This document shows, one piece after another, positions 35,259-44,718 of a stretch of DNA of 64,000 nt. A program made the translations under genes and the position numbers. Each line of letters begins with the position of its first letter. Positions within the stretch are counted from its first letter, which is position 1. The notes beneath the pieces were generated by a model. The model was not told the origin of the DNA. It made no database searches and was given only the letters and a program-made list of their open reading frames with translations. The stretch lies in sequence record MZ443780.1. One strand, written 5' to 3'.

Positions 35259-35825
35259 ATGTCATATACAATCACTCGTGGTGCAATGATCGCTTTCGTC
35301 CAGAACGGTCAGTTGCAATGTCGCAGCATCAAAGTAAAAGCGTCTGGTATTCAAGACGTCTATATCTACAACAAGCTGGCCGGATTACAGGCGCTTCTCA
35401 ACACGAAGATCTTCACGCAGGGTCCGTCCGGCGCTGACGTTCTTCCTACCGATGAATACATCAAGGCTACCCATTGTCTCTACACTGACCTGGGCATTCT
35501 GAAACGTCTGGAGCGCATGTTCTCCGATGAAGACGTGACGATTCGTATCATCGACAAACAGCGTGATACGCCGCTTTCAGTTGCGTCTGTGTTCTGGATT
35601 GATCGCAAAGACACGATTGCCTGTCAGGTACTTGAGACTGACAAGAAAGAGCACAACAGAAAGACTATCCTCATTACCGAGGCGGTCGATGTTAAGTACC
35701 CAGGCAACCCAACTGTCCTGCGCTATGATGCGGACGAGCAGTGCGTCTACGACACTGACCTGTGCAACAACGTCTACACGCTGCACGGTTGGAACGAAAC
35801 AGTTACCCACTCAGCGGATAAGTAA
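35259..35825 (+). CDS. hypothetical protein
   Basis: GGAG SD; 188 aa. Confidence 0.7.
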   Translation: MSYTITRGAMIAFVQNGQLQCRSIKVKASGIQDVYIYNKLAGLQALLNTKIFTQGPSGADVLPTDEYIKATHCLYTDLGILKRLERMFSDEDVTIRIIDKQRDTPLSVASVFWIDRKDTIACQVLETDKKEHNRKTILITEAVDVKYPGNPTVLRYDADEQCVYDTDLCNNVYTLHGWNETVTHSADK

Positions 35826-35826
35826 C

Positions 35827-35994
35827 ATGATACGCTACCCGATAATCTTCTTCGCTACATGGATTCTGGTAGCGTACTCGTTATCTACAGTGGAAGTATC
35901 TCCTGAATGGTGCGAGCGCATTGGCATAGTATGCGCCGCTGTCTTCACGCATTTTGAAATGAAGTGGCAACGTTTTATTAAGGATCGTGGCTAA
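35827..35994 (+). CDS. small membrane protein (55 aa)
   Basis: Two hydrophobic segments; fills gap between neighbours. Confidence 0.55.
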   Translation: MIRYPIIFFATWILVAYSLSTVEVSPEWCERIGIVCAAVFTHFEMKWQRFIKDRG

Positions 35995-36404
35995 TGAGCA
36001 AGCGCCAAGAAGCAATTGGTATTCTGAAAGAGTTTGGCTTTGAGCACCATCGTGGTTTTATTCGTTTCGTTCGCGGTGAGTATCTGTCTTCGTTCCAGTT
36101 CCATCTGGACGAGATACGCGAAGTGACTGTGGCACAGGGTGAAGGTGTCAACAAAGCAGACGGAAGCATCGTTACCGTATGTCGCGTTAACATTGATTTG
36201 ATTGGCGGTGGCGTTGCCTACTCAGTACCGATGCACCCTGAACGTGATAAAAGAAACTACGAGCGCCTTTCTGCCGCTCTCTTGTTGTTGCGTGATTCAG
36301 CTTGTGGTCTGCCTTACGCAGATTATCACGTCCGTCTTGTTGATACAAAGTTTTACACCAACCCGCCAGTTGTTGACTGGCCTGTTGAAACTCCCGCCAA
36401 GTAA
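35994..36404 (+). CDS. hypothetical protein
   Basis: TAATG coupling; 136 aa. Confidence 0.65.
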   Translation: MSKRQEAIGILKEFGFEHHRGFIRFVRGEYLSSFQFHLDEIREVTVAQGEGVNKADGSIVTVCRVNIDLIGGGVAYSVPMHPERDKRNYERLSAALLLLRDSACGLPYADYHVRLVDTKFYTNPPVVDWPVETPAK

Positions 36405-36462
36405 TTGGCATTCGGTGTGTAGCGTAAACTCGACTACACCCTCTACCTAAAAGGTATGTACT

Positions 36463-37377
36463 ATGACTAAGCAACATGTGTCTTATAGCAGCGCGTTCGC
36501 AATCGGTGAGAGTGCTATTCTGGTTCTCGATAGCTTTGGGCAGAACAAAGTTCCGTACGGCGTGATCGAAGGTGTGATGTTCTACGGACGTCAGCGTCTG
36601 TACCGTGTGTCGTTGTTCGTTAACGAAGGTACGGAGGCATCACCAGAAGCGTTCCTGCATCAGGGTCGTCCTGTTGACGGTTTCATTGCGCAGGACTTGA
36701 AGCCGATTCTTGACCGTCAGTATGTTGATCATATCGGGCACGTTGGTAAGTTCGAGCGCACTGATTGTGCCTCCATGGGTGACGCGAGCTTTATCCCAGG
36801 TCAGCTTGTAGAAGTCGATATCGACCTTGAAAGCGAAGGCGAACAGGATAAGTTCAACATCCCTGTAGTCGTTACTGGTGTGACTTACGTTGAAGGTAAA
36901 GTGTTGTACGAAGTGAGCATTCAACGTGCCTATTACAATGACGGTCGTGTTAATGGCGGTCGTCTGGTGCGTGACACTCTGAGCAACATCGACAGCATTT
37001 ACCTGAAACCTGTAGGCGGTTGGCCAGAGACTGTGCTCGACGAAGAAAAGGGTGACGCCACTCTTACAGTCAAAGGCAACGGTACTATCGCTATCGACTG
37101 CGATGCGGAGCTGACTATCACTGCTAAATCGATCAGCATTGAACCAGCTACGCAGACCAACATGCCAATCTCAAACGATCTGTTTGATGCGGCTTATGAA
37201 GCGCACCTGTTGGGTATTTTCTGCGGCGATAACAACAAGCAAGCGGCTCGTAACTTCCTTGGGCAGTACATCCGTGAACAGGACAAACGCCTGGAAAACT
37301 TCCGTGCTCTTGGCTCTGTTAGCGGTCGTGTTTCTGGCCTGACTGAGAACCAGAGCGCTGAACCTCGTTCTAAGTAA
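36463..37377 (+). CDS. hypothetical protein with two SH3-like repeats
   Basis: FAIGE.A.L...G.I.GV.F...Q.LY.V and F.PGQ.V.V...V.V.GV.Y...K.LY.V units. Confidence 0.65.
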   Translation: MTKQHVSYSSAFAIGESAILVLDSFGQNKVPYGVIEGVMFYGRQRLYRVSLFVNEGTEASPEAFLHQGRPVDGFIAQDLKPILDRQYVDHIGHVGKFERTDCASMGDASFIPGQLVEVDIDLESEGEQDKFNIPVVVTGVTYVEGKVLYEVSIQRAYYNDGRVNGGRLVRDTLSNIDSIYLKPVGGWPETVLDEEKGDATLTVKGNGTIAIDCDAELTITAKSISIEPATQTNMPISNDLFDAAYEAHLLGIFCGDNNKQAARNFLGQYIREQDKRLENFRALGSVSGRVSGLTENQSAEPRSK

Positions 37378-37383
37378 CTAAAT

Positions 37384-37409
37384 ATGGGTGACTTCGGTCG
37401 CCCATTTTT
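37384..37409 (+). terminator. intrinsic terminator
   Basis: ATGGGTGAC-TTCG-GTCGCCCAT followed by TTTT. Confidence 0.8.
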
Positions 37410-37417
37410 GTATCTAA

Positions 37418-37429
37418 ATTCTGTAAATA
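37418..37429 (+). promoter_or_regulatory. candidate phage promoter ATTCTGTAAATA
   Basis: Directly after terminator, ~30 nt before next start. Confidence 0.6.
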
Positions 37430-37458
37430 TCTGACACACAAACAAAGAGAGTACCGAT

Positions 37459-38112
37459 ATGAATCTTGAGCACGTACAACTGGCAACGGCTGCTGTAGTC
37501 AATCTCGTCAATGAGATGAAAAGCGAAGCAGAGAAGAATGGCTTTGCAGTATCTGACAAGGAAGATGGAGTTCGTATCGTCTTCCCTGGCTTTAATGGCG
37601 GTCAGACCTATAACTTCCTGAATCTGTCACGCATGGCTCTTATCTCAGTGGTAACGAAGTGTCCGTTCATAATCAAAACAGATGAGCGCTACGGACCAAT
37701 GATGATACCCGAAGTTGATCTCAGCAAATACGATGGCGAATTCCCTTCGACGAGAACAATGTTCAGCACAGTCAACAAGGAACTACGTGAGTTCCTGTCG
37801 GCGCAAGGTGATCTCGAACCCTCGCACATCTTCTGGGTACAACCTGAGCCTCCACATATAAACGCCACAGAAGAAGAACGTCATCACTTTGCGGTATTGA
37901 GTAACGTGTATGAGAACGGGCGTTTCCGCAATCTAACCACTACACTCTATCACTTCTCGTACATCTACCTGACGGATAACGTCAAGTATAAAGTGTTTGA
38001 GCATCCAGAGCGCGGCCAGTACGTTGACTTGCACGAAGACTCAGATAAAGCGTACGGCGAGTTGTGCTGGGAAGTGTTTACTCGCGTTAAGAACGAACTG
38101 CGTCCAGCGTAA
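37459..38112 (+). CDS. hypothetical protein
   Basis: 217 aa. Confidence 0.7.
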   Translation: MNLEHVQLATAAVVNLVNEMKSEAEKNGFAVSDKEDGVRIVFPGFNGGQTYNFLNLSRMALISVVTKCPFIIKTDERYGPMMIPEVDLSKYDGEFPSTRTMFSTVNKELREFLSAQGDLEPSHIFWVQPEPPHINATEEERHHFAVLSNVYENGRFRNLTTTLYHFSYIYLTDNVKYKVFEHPERGQYVDLHEDSDKAYGELCWEVFTRVKNELRPA

Positions 38113-38118
38113 GTTGAG

Positions 38119-38472
38119 GTGACCGTGGAACAACATAAGCCTGTAGTCAAACAGATGGTCGATTACGTCACGAAGCGTATAAACGAAAACGCGACTGATG
38201 GACTCGATATCAGCGAAGATGCGTGGCGTAGTCATGCACGAGATATCGTTAACGGTGTAATGCGCGCCTTTAACGATAAACCTGAGAGTGGTGTGCGTGT
38301 TGTGTGCGACGAATCAAATAACCCGCAATACAACATCGACAACAACATTCTGACCATTGATGTTATCATCACAGGTCAACCGCTGCGTAAACTCATTCTC
38401 GGAGAAGAAGATGATCAAAAGACTATTAGCGTGGTTTGCTCGCTCGAAGACCCAGCCAAAGAAAACCTTTGA
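38119..38472 (+). CDS. stand-alone tail-sheath C-terminal-domain-like protein
   Basis: RVVCDESNNP..IDNNILTIDVII resembles gp18-type sheath C-terminus; true start may be GTG 38125. Confidence 0.6.
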   Translation: MTVEQHKPVVKQMVDYVTKRINENATDGLDISEDAWRSHARDIVNGVMRAFNDKPESGVRVVCDESNNPQYNIDNNILTIDVIITGQPLRKLILGEEDDQKTISVVCSLEDPAKENL

Positions 38473-38890
38473 AGAAAAGCTGGACGATGTTGCGGGAGTG
38501 AAGCACGATAACTCTTTAGCCGCTGAGATTCGTCGTCACGATGAACAGCTACGTCGAGCGCTGCATCCAGGGTATCAACCGATTCGTAGGGAAGATGATC
38601 CAAAGGTAGTAGACTTCCCTACACGGCGTTATCAGACGCAACGAAGTGCTGATCGACCTAAGCCGTTGAATCGTGGCATGACGGTCAATCAACATGCGTC
38701 CAGTCGAGCAGCAACAGACGATCTGGCAATGGCAATGATGATGCGCCAGACGTTCGTAGCACCATCACCGATTGTCTCTTACGACGATGACTGCCGCAAT
38801 ACTCATCACACGCCTAGTCATGGTGGTTACGATAGCCCGTCTGATGGTGGCGGTTCAAGCGACGGCGGTGGAGGAGGTTCATGTGATTAA
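38411..38890 (+). CDS. hypothetical protein with Gly/Ser-rich C-terminus
   Basis: GGAG SD before ATG 38411; ends DSPSDGGGSSDGGGGGSCD. Confidence 0.65.
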   Translation: MIKRLLAWFARSKTQPKKTFEEKLDDVAGVKHDNSLAAEIRRHDEQLRRALHPGYQPIRREDDPKVVDFPTRRYQTQRSADRPKPLNRGMTVNQHASSRAATDDLAMAMMMRQTFVAPSPIVSYDDDCRNTHHTPSHGGYDSPSDGGGSSDGGGGGSCD

Positions 38891-39224
38891 ACGTCTAGCA
38901 AACTGGATAGGCTTGATGCTTATCTCTGACAAGAACAAGCGCAAGCTCCGTCAACACGAAGCGATGATGCGCGCCTGCACTGACGTGTACGACTGGTGTG
39001 GCGCAGACTTACCGCAAACAGCAGAAGCAGTTGAGTATGTGCGTACTCGCGCTCTCGGTTATGAGAATCGCTTGAACATACACAACGGTAAGATCATGAC
39101 GCCATACGAATGTCACACTGGTATCAGTGACTGGCGTGATGCGATGCGCCGTAAGTACCGCGAACTACCTGAACTTGATTTCGACGGCAAAGACTTCAAG
39201 GTCAAGTCAGTATCTGTAAACTGA
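38883..39224 (+). CDS. hypothetical protein
   Basis: GGAGG SD before GTG 38883. Confidence 0.6.
   Translation: MIKRLANWIGLMLISDKNKRKLRQHEAMMRACTDVYDWCGADLPQTAEAVEYVRTRALGYENRLNIHNGKIMTPYECHTGISDWRDAMRRKYRELPELDFDGKDFKVKSVSVN
39213..39221 (+). promoter_or_regulatory. candidate promoter variant TCTGTAAAC
   Basis: 41 nt upstream of 39254 start. Confidence 0.4.
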
Positions 39225-39253
39225 TCGCACGAACAACATATACCGAGAAAAAT

Positions 39254-39739
39254 ATGGAAAAGAAACAGAAGCAGCCCAAGAACGATAATCCAAACATCGT
39301 TGTCTTGGACATTGAAATGTATCGCACACTTGTGGGTTACGCTAAGTGCGGTGAAGCAGATTGCGGTGAAGGTTTCTTTGGGAAAACAATGCGGGATATC
39401 GAAAAACACGCACGGCACTTCAATGTGCATCTACGCCCGCAGTTCGAGCAGCAGCAAAAGAACGAGCGCATGGCGAAAGCAGAACGCCGTCGTCTGGTGA
39501 AGAAAGCTCGTCGTCTAAGTTCGCAGCGTGAGCCTGTGCGTTTCCTCGTTGACCACCAGCACAAGGTAATCTACCCTATCGTCATTATCGGCGTAGCGTC
39601 TGACAATCAACTGCGCTTGAAGTATCACGCGCTGTCAGACGGCTGGGAATCATACGCTATGGTTGATCGCATCTTCGAAACACCAGAAGAGTTGCCTCAG
39701 TCGTATCGCGTGATGAAAGAAGGGGAGAAGTGCGAATGA
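39254..39739 (+). CDS. hypothetical protein
   Basis: 161 aa. Confidence 0.65.
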   Translation: MEKKQKQPKNDNPNIVVLDIEMYRTLVGYAKCGEADCGEGFFGKTMRDIEKHARHFNVHLRPQFEQQQKNERMAKAERRRLVKKARRLSSQREPVRFLVDHQHKVIYPIVIIGVASDNQLRLKYHALSDGWESYAMVDRIFETPEELPQSYRVMKEGEKCE

Positions 39740-40134
39740 AAGCTCTTTCTATCCGTCAACCGTGGGCGTGGCTGATCGTTCAAGGCCACAAGAAGATTGA
39801 GAACCGTACGTGGGACACAAAGAAGCGCGGACGTTTCCTCATTCATGCAAGCTCGAAGCGACCGAGTGATGACGACATGGAAGCAGCGCTAGCTATCTGC
39901 ACCAAGCTGGGTATTGCTCTGCCGCATAAAGCAGACTTTACTCTCGGTGCTATCGTTGGCTACGCTTCGCTGTGTGGCACTGTCACTCAGTCTGACGACC
40001 CATTTTTCTTCGGGCCTGTAGGGTTGCAGTTGAAAGACTGTCACGCAGTTGAGCCTATTCGTTTCAAAGGCGCTCTCAGTTTCTTCAACACGCCGTACTG
40101 CGTCAACAACGGAAAGGTGGTACACTCACGGTGA
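39736..40134 (+). CDS. ASCH-domain protein
   Basis: MKALSIRQPWAWLIV.G.K.IENR.W....RG..LIHAS. Confidence 0.9.
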   Translation: MKALSIRQPWAWLIVQGHKKIENRTWDTKKRGRFLIHASSKRPSDDDMEAALAICTKLGIALPHKADFTLGAIVGYASLCGTVTQSDDPFFFGPVGLQLKDCHAVEPIRFKGALSFFNTPYCVNNGKVVHSR

Positions 40135-40346
40135 GACCCATACTGGTTGTACATAATGGTAAAGTTCTGCCTGCACAACTGGTTAATGAAGATCGCAATG
40201 ACGTGTATTTCGTGCGGCAGATTGTAGTCCGTGGATTCTCAGTCTTCACGACGGGTATATGTCCAGTTGCCTACGTCGTGTTTCTCTACGGCTACTCTCC
40301 AACGAAAGATGATTACGATGTTGTGAGCGCTATGCGTGGCAGATAA
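40131..40346 (+). CDS. hypothetical protein
   Basis: GTGA overlap; 71 aa; followed by terminator. Confidence 0.55.
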   Translation: MRPILVVHNGKVLPAQLVNEDRNDVYFVRQIVVRGFSVFTTGICPVAYVVFLYGYSPTKDDYDVVSAMRGR

Positions 40347-40348
40347 AC

Positions 40349-40376
40349 AAAGGGTGGCCTAATGGTCGCCCTTTTT
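40349..40376 (+). terminator. intrinsic terminator
   Basis: AAAGGGTGGCC-TAAT-GGTCGCCCTTT followed by TT. Confidence 0.75.
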
Positions 40377-40404
40377 GTGTTTTACTTTCGAAACGAGGAA
40401 CATC

Positions 40405-40809
40405 ATGCTACCGTTTGCACCTAAGACGCGTGTAGTCAGTATGCGCAATGGAAACAAAGACTATGACGTGCGCATCGACCGTGAGACTAAGTGGGGCAAC
40501 AAGTTCTACATGAAGCGGGAGACAGTCGCAGAACGCAACCGAGTGTGCGACGAACATGAGGAAGATTTGTGGAAGAAGATACTCAGTGGTGAGATTCTAT
40601 TGAGGCATTTGCTTGAACTGTACGGTAAACGGTTGGGTTGTTGGTGCAGCCCTAAGCGTTGTCATGGTGACGCGTTGGTCAGAGCAGCAGAATGGGCGTA
40701 TCAGCTAAACTGTAAATATGAACGTATCAAACGTACATACAGGAAACGCCGTCGTGCAGCAGCTAAAGCCAATCGTCAAAAAGACAGGAAGAAAGTTTCT
40801 CGCAAGTAG
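40405..40809 (+). CDS. DUF4326 domain protein
   Basis: IDR.TKWGN.F, L.GK.LGCWC.PK.CHGD.L. Confidence 0.85.
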   Translation: MLPFAPKTRVVSMRNGNKDYDVRIDRETKWGNKFYMKRETVAERNRVCDEHEEDLWKKILSGEILLRHLLELYGKRLGCWCSPKRCHGDALVRAAEWAYQLNCKYERIKRTYRKRRRAAAKANRQKDRKKVSRK

Positions 40810-40816
40810 TCCCTCA

Positions 40817-41308
40817 ATGCGGGCCATGAATTGGGAAGTATATGTCAGCCCATGCAGTGGCCTTGCTTATGGACAGTTTGCAGTCGCGTGGGGTGCAGCA
40901 CATCTCGTCATCCACACGCTCGATGCCACAGAGCAGATTCGCCATAACTGCGACCAGCTCTACATCGACAAGCTAACGTTAATCATCGACTGCCTGAACG
41001 AGTTCATTGATCTGCTGGGTACGACAAATACTGGTCGTCGTCGTGAGTGGTTGAACCCGATAGAGACAGGCGCTACAGGCAGCGTAGCCTACTGCTACTC
41101 AGTGGCCGAGAAAGAGTCCACCGTGTATTTCGAGCTTGGCTCATGCACGGACAAGATTCGCTTCTACCCTGCAATGACAGGCCGTAATAAACTGCGCAAT
41201 CTCAAAACCAGTATGGAGAGACTGCGCGTAGAGCTTGCTAACCACAGACAAGCCATGCTTGATACCATGAGCATAGTCAACGAAACACGGTCTATGCTGA
41301 ATCTGTAA
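40817..41308 (+). CDS. hypothetical protein
   Basis: Part of track ORF 40718..41308; start uncertain. Confidence 0.55.
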   Translation: MRAMNWEVYVSPCSGLAYGQFAVAWGAAHLVIHTLDATEQIRHNCDQLYIDKLTLIIDCLNEFIDLLGTTNTGRRREWLNPIETGATGSVAYCYSVAEKESTVYFELGSCTDKIRFYPAMTGRNKLRNLKTSMERLRVELANHRQAMLDTMSIVNETRSMLNL

Positions 41309-41311
41309 ATA
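41300..41311 (+). promoter_or_regulatory. candidate phage promoter AATCTGTAAATA
   Basis: Exact copy overlapping the Asn-Leu-stop of the upstream gene. Confidence 0.6.
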
Positions 41312-41349
41312 TAGCGTAAGATCACTATACCTAGAATAAGGACCATATT

Positions 41350-41676
41350 ATGGCAATGACTGAATTGCAGTTTGCACTATCCATGTTTTCTCAGAAGTGT
41401 TCTGAGGCAGCCGTGCTTGCTAATGAGGCCCAACAGTTTGGCCTTGGTCATTTTGACAATAGCGGCAAGCCTGTTGTAGATCGTCTCCTGAGCATCATGC
41501 GTGATATTGACGCGGCTCAGTATCTGGTTGAAGAAAAAGCGCAGGCGTTTGAGTACGTGCCTGATGTGCTTCGCTCTCTGGACCGTACCGACGAATTGAA
41601 AGCACTCATGGAACAGGCCAAAGATAATGGTCAAGTGCTCCGTGAAGACGAAGAAGATGAAGACGAGGACGAATAA
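41350..41676 (+). CDS. hypothetical protein with acidic tail
   Basis: AAGGA SD; 108 aa. Confidence 0.7.
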   Translation: MAMTELQFALSMFSQKCSEAAVLANEAQQFGLGHFDNSGKPVVDRLLSIMRDIDAAQYLVEEKAQAFEYVPDVLRSLDRTDELKALMEQAKDNGQVLREDEEDEDEDE

Positions 41677-41678
41677 TA

Positions 41679-42194
41679 ATGAGTTACTCTTTCGTTGTTG
41701 AGTGGAATATCCGACTCAAGGCAGATACGCCTAAAGAAGTTATCAGCATGTTGAAGCAGTGGCACAATAACCCGCACGGCTTTGACGATTTTCTGCATCT
41801 GGGCATTGACGTAAGTGCAGCGTTGGGTTGTCGTGACAGCGAAGGCTTCGCTAGCGTTGTTCCTGACAGAAACTTCATTCACGGTTCCGGTGTAGTTACC
41901 TGCATTCGCACCTGCTCAAACTTCTCGCGCCGCTCTCAAGGTACAGACCGTCTTGTTGGTTTCATCAACTGGCTTGAGCCGTATATCGACCATCGTGATG
42001 ACGTTATCGGTATCATGCGAGGCGAAGACGATCTGTATAACATTCATGATGACCGCGTGAACATGTGGTCCGATGAACCACAAACGCCTACCGAAACCTA
42101 CTACGAAATTCGCGTAGTCAACAACCATGCCCAGATCAAATACGTGCGTGGTGATCTCTATAACCTCTACCCGTGGGTACAACATGCTTACTAA
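41679..42194 (+). CDS. hypothetical protein
   Basis: 171 aa. Confidence 0.65.
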   Translation: MSYSFVVEWNIRLKADTPKEVISMLKQWHNNPHGFDDFLHLGIDVSAALGCRDSEGFASVVPDRNFIHGSGVVTCIRTCSNFSRRSQGTDRLVGFINWLEPYIDHRDDVIGIMRGEDDLYNIHDDRVNMWSDEPQTPTETYYEIRVVNNHAQIKYVRGDLYNLYPWVQHAY

Positions 42195-42858
42195 CATTGC
42201 ACGTCTTGTCGCTACACAAGCTCATCACGGCCAAGTACGCAAGTACACTAACGAGCCTTACATCAATCACCCGCTGCGTGTTGCACATTGGTTGTCGCAA
42301 TTTAACGTGGGTGAACTGATCGAAGCTGGCGCTATCTGTCACGATGTTATCGAAGACACAGGCGTTACGCACGGTACGTTGGAACTGACTGTCGGCACTC
42401 AGGTTGCTGATCTGGTACTTGAAGTAACCAACAACGAATACCCTGAATGTACGCCGCGCGTTGAGAAGTTCTGGGGCAACGTCGTCAAACTGCTGCAAGC
42501 CAGCCATCAGGCACAAACGCTGAAATGCGGCGACTGCTACGACAACTGCAAAGACGTGTATGAGCTGGACCCGTCGTATGCTGCGCGTTACATCGCAGAG
42601 AAGTTCTTCATGATCCGCATGTTCACTCGCGCTCAGGGTGACGTTCGTGCCGCAGTGCTGCAACTACTGTCCGATATCTATAATAAAATGTCTGACGGTC
42701 ATCGCATCTACTGTCTGGAGTACATGCAGCGTCTGGAACGCGAATGCCCGGACAGCCTGTTAATCCACTTCCACAACGCACTGGCGGAAGCCCAGAACTA
42801 CAACGGCTACACTCTGCGCATCGGTGATAATCATGGAACTGAAACTGCCGCCGTTTAA
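42184..42858 (+). CDS. HD-domain hydrolase (RelA/SpoT-hydrolase / Mesh1-like)
   Basis: A..AH.GQ.RK...EPY..HP..V, CHDVIEDT, G..VA.LV..VT, K..D..DN. Confidence 0.85.
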   Translation: MLTNIARLVATQAHHGQVRKYTNEPYINHPLRVAHWLSQFNVGELIEAGAICHDVIEDTGVTHGTLELTVGTQVADLVLEVTNNEYPECTPRVEKFWGNVVKLLQASHQAQTLKCGDCYDNCKDVYELDPSYAARYIAEKFFMIRMFTRAQGDVRAAVLQLLSDIYNKMSDGHRIYCLEYMQRLERECPDSLLIHFHNALAEAQNYNGYTLRIGDNHGTETAAV

Positions 42859-43207
42859 AACTCGTAGCGTGTTGGTTGAGAATATGGAAATCAAAAACAA
42901 ACACGCTAATGCAGTTTTGACTGTCAGTGAAACAAGCTGGTGGGGCTTTCGCAAACGTCATCTGCGAGTGAGGATGAAGTGTGATAAAATCACTCGAAAA
43001 GAGCCTGAGTGGTTCGCACTTGTTGAGTGGACTGACGGCTTTATTTACATGCCTATCTGCGACGATCATGAAGTCCTGACAGTAGCAACCAATACACTAC
43101 GCGATATGCGCAACATGAACATGACACACTTTGATCAGTTGCTTGCGCATCGCCTTACTATTCACATGAGGAAGAATCATGGCCGCCTTATCTCTGCACC
43201 TGTTTGA
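42833..43207 (+). CDS. hypothetical protein
   Basis: Part of track ORF 42824..43207. Confidence 0.55.
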   Translation: MELKLPPFKTRSVLVENMEIKNKHANAVLTVSETSWWGFRKRHLRVRMKCDKITRKEPEWFALVEWTDGFIYMPICDDHEVLTVATNTLRDMRNMNMTHFDQLLAHRLTIHMRKNHGRLISAPV

Positions 43208-43562
43208 GAACGTAGTGAACGAGCAAGAGTTTGCTGAACGCCGCTTTCATAAAAGCATTATGCTGATGAAAAGCGCTACGCCGAATAGCGTGTGCGTCAA
43301 AGAAGCCGTACCACAGACTTTCGCCGTGTACGAAGTGGGTGATACCCGCACGTATGCTGCAACTGTCGGTACGCACCTGCCTGAGCATTTGCAGCAAGCA
43401 ATGAACCTTGAGCCAGTGCGTGTGTGGCAATTGGTTCGTCGTGGTGACGATGTATTCTTTGTAGGCGAAAGCTCCGAAGCAATCGTTGCTGAAAACGTTG
43501 TACCTGCTGAGATTCTTGTTGAGGGAGGCCAAGATGCAGAGCGTTGCTGGGCAGCCCGTTGA
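43179..43562 (+). CDS. hypothetical protein
   Basis: GAGGA SD; 127 aa. Confidence 0.6.
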   Translation: MAALSLHLFENVVNEQEFAERRFHKSIMLMKSATPNSVCVKEAVPQTFAVYEVGDTRTYAATVGTHLPEHLQQAMNLEPVRVWQLVRRGDDVFFVGESSEAIVAENVVPAEILVEGGQDAERCWAAR

Positions 43563-44214
43563 GTTAACCGCTAAAGACGTTGAAGCATATTGGAGGGGAC
43601 GTGCCTACATTGAAGCTGCGCGACTTGCGCACGAAAGCCATGAAGACCCTACGGCGCACACTCTCAGTCATGCAGAGATCGCTCCGTTTTTAGATCAGGG
43701 TAATGCGATCATCGAACCGCTGCGTGAACAGCATGAGCAACAACAGGCGGATGCTCAGTTCGAGCACTCTCTGCCTGATGCTGTCTTCGAAGAGGGCAAC
43801 ACGCTTGAGCCGCGTTTCGTTATCTTGCTTGCGCTTATGCTTGACAGTGAGAAGCAGGTTGGCGGTAAGACGCTGCGAGCTATGGCTGATATCTCTGCCT
43901 ATGCGCGTGACAAAAAGATCGTGTTAGTGCTTAACGGTCATGATACAGAGCTGGCGCGTCACCTTGCGCGTGAGTCAGGCTACGAAGTGAAAGAGTCTGG
44001 TCTGATTGAAGCTACGCAGGCTATCAGTGCAAAGATGCTGCGGAGAGAACAACTCACAGGCTTCTTCGAACTCGATACGCCTCGTGTGCGTAAAGAGCCT
44101 GACCCTAATCTGAAAGCTGTACGTCAGTCGCACAATCGTGTAGGCAGACATTCAGGCCACCAGCGTTTTAACGCGAAGCCTCAACGCCAGAACTTCAAAG
44201 GTCGCGGTCGTTGA
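43534..44214 (+). CDS. hypothetical protein with basic C-terminus
   Basis: GGAGG SD before ATG 43534. Confidence 0.7.
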   Translation: MQSVAGQPVELTAKDVEAYWRGRAYIEAARLAHESHEDPTAHTLSHAEIAPFLDQGNAIIEPLREQHEQQQADAQFEHSLPDAVFEEGNTLEPRFVILLALMLDSEKQVGGKTLRAMADISAYARDKKIVLVLNGHDTELARHLARESGYEVKESGLIEATQAISAKMLRREQLTGFFELDTPRVRKEPDPNLKAVRQSHNRVGRHSGHQRFNAKPQRQNFKGRGR

Positions 44215-44408
44215 GCAAGTCACCATCTCTACCGCAGTCTCCACTCGATGCGGTATCAACGCGCACAAGAGTTTTTCTTGATGTGCTGAATAATGAACGT
44301 ACACCAGCAGGTGAATGTATCAGCCGTGTTGTGGATGCGGAACTTGCTCAGGGGAATGGCCATGAGTATAAAAGACTGGTTGATACGGACGGAGACAATC
44401 GTCCATGA
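44211..44408 (+). CDS. hypothetical protein (65 aa)
   Basis: TTG start; fills gap; weak support. Confidence 0.35.
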   Translation: MSKSPSLPQSPLDAVSTRTRVFLDVLNNERTPAGECISRVVDAELAQGNGHEYKRLVDTDGDNRP

Positions 44409-44718
44409 GATGATTGTTAATGTCGAAGACGGTACAGCGGTAGGCTCAGTGGAAACTGTTTACTACGGACCTAAGCGTACCGGAGGCAATCGCATTCACG
44501 GCAGAAATCAGTCCTGTATGTGCCACGATATCTACCGTCGTCATTTGACGTGGGCGGATGTTAATGGCATGGACGATCTCTTGCCTAAAGACAACACTGC
44601 GAAGTCATTGAGCCGTAGACTACGCACTGAACTCAACAAACTCGTTGCAGAAGGTAAAGTAAATGGCGAGTCCATTATCAGAGATGCAAATAGGCAGCCC
44701 ACTGCCGAACACGAGTGA
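44356..44718 (+). CDS. hypothetical protein
   Basis: Part of track ORF 44293..44718; start uncertain. Confidence 0.5.
   Translation: MAMSIKDWLIRTETIVHEMIVNVEDGTAVGSVETVYYGPKRTGGNRIHGRNQSCMCHDIYRRHLTWADVNGMDDLLPKDNTAKSLSRRLRTELNKLVAEGKVNGESIIRDANRQPTAEHE

Noticed and set aside
36415-36447. Imperfect GTGTAG...CTACAC inverted repeat in an intergenic gap
   Set aside because: Short stem, long loop and no U-tract; not distinguishable from chance.
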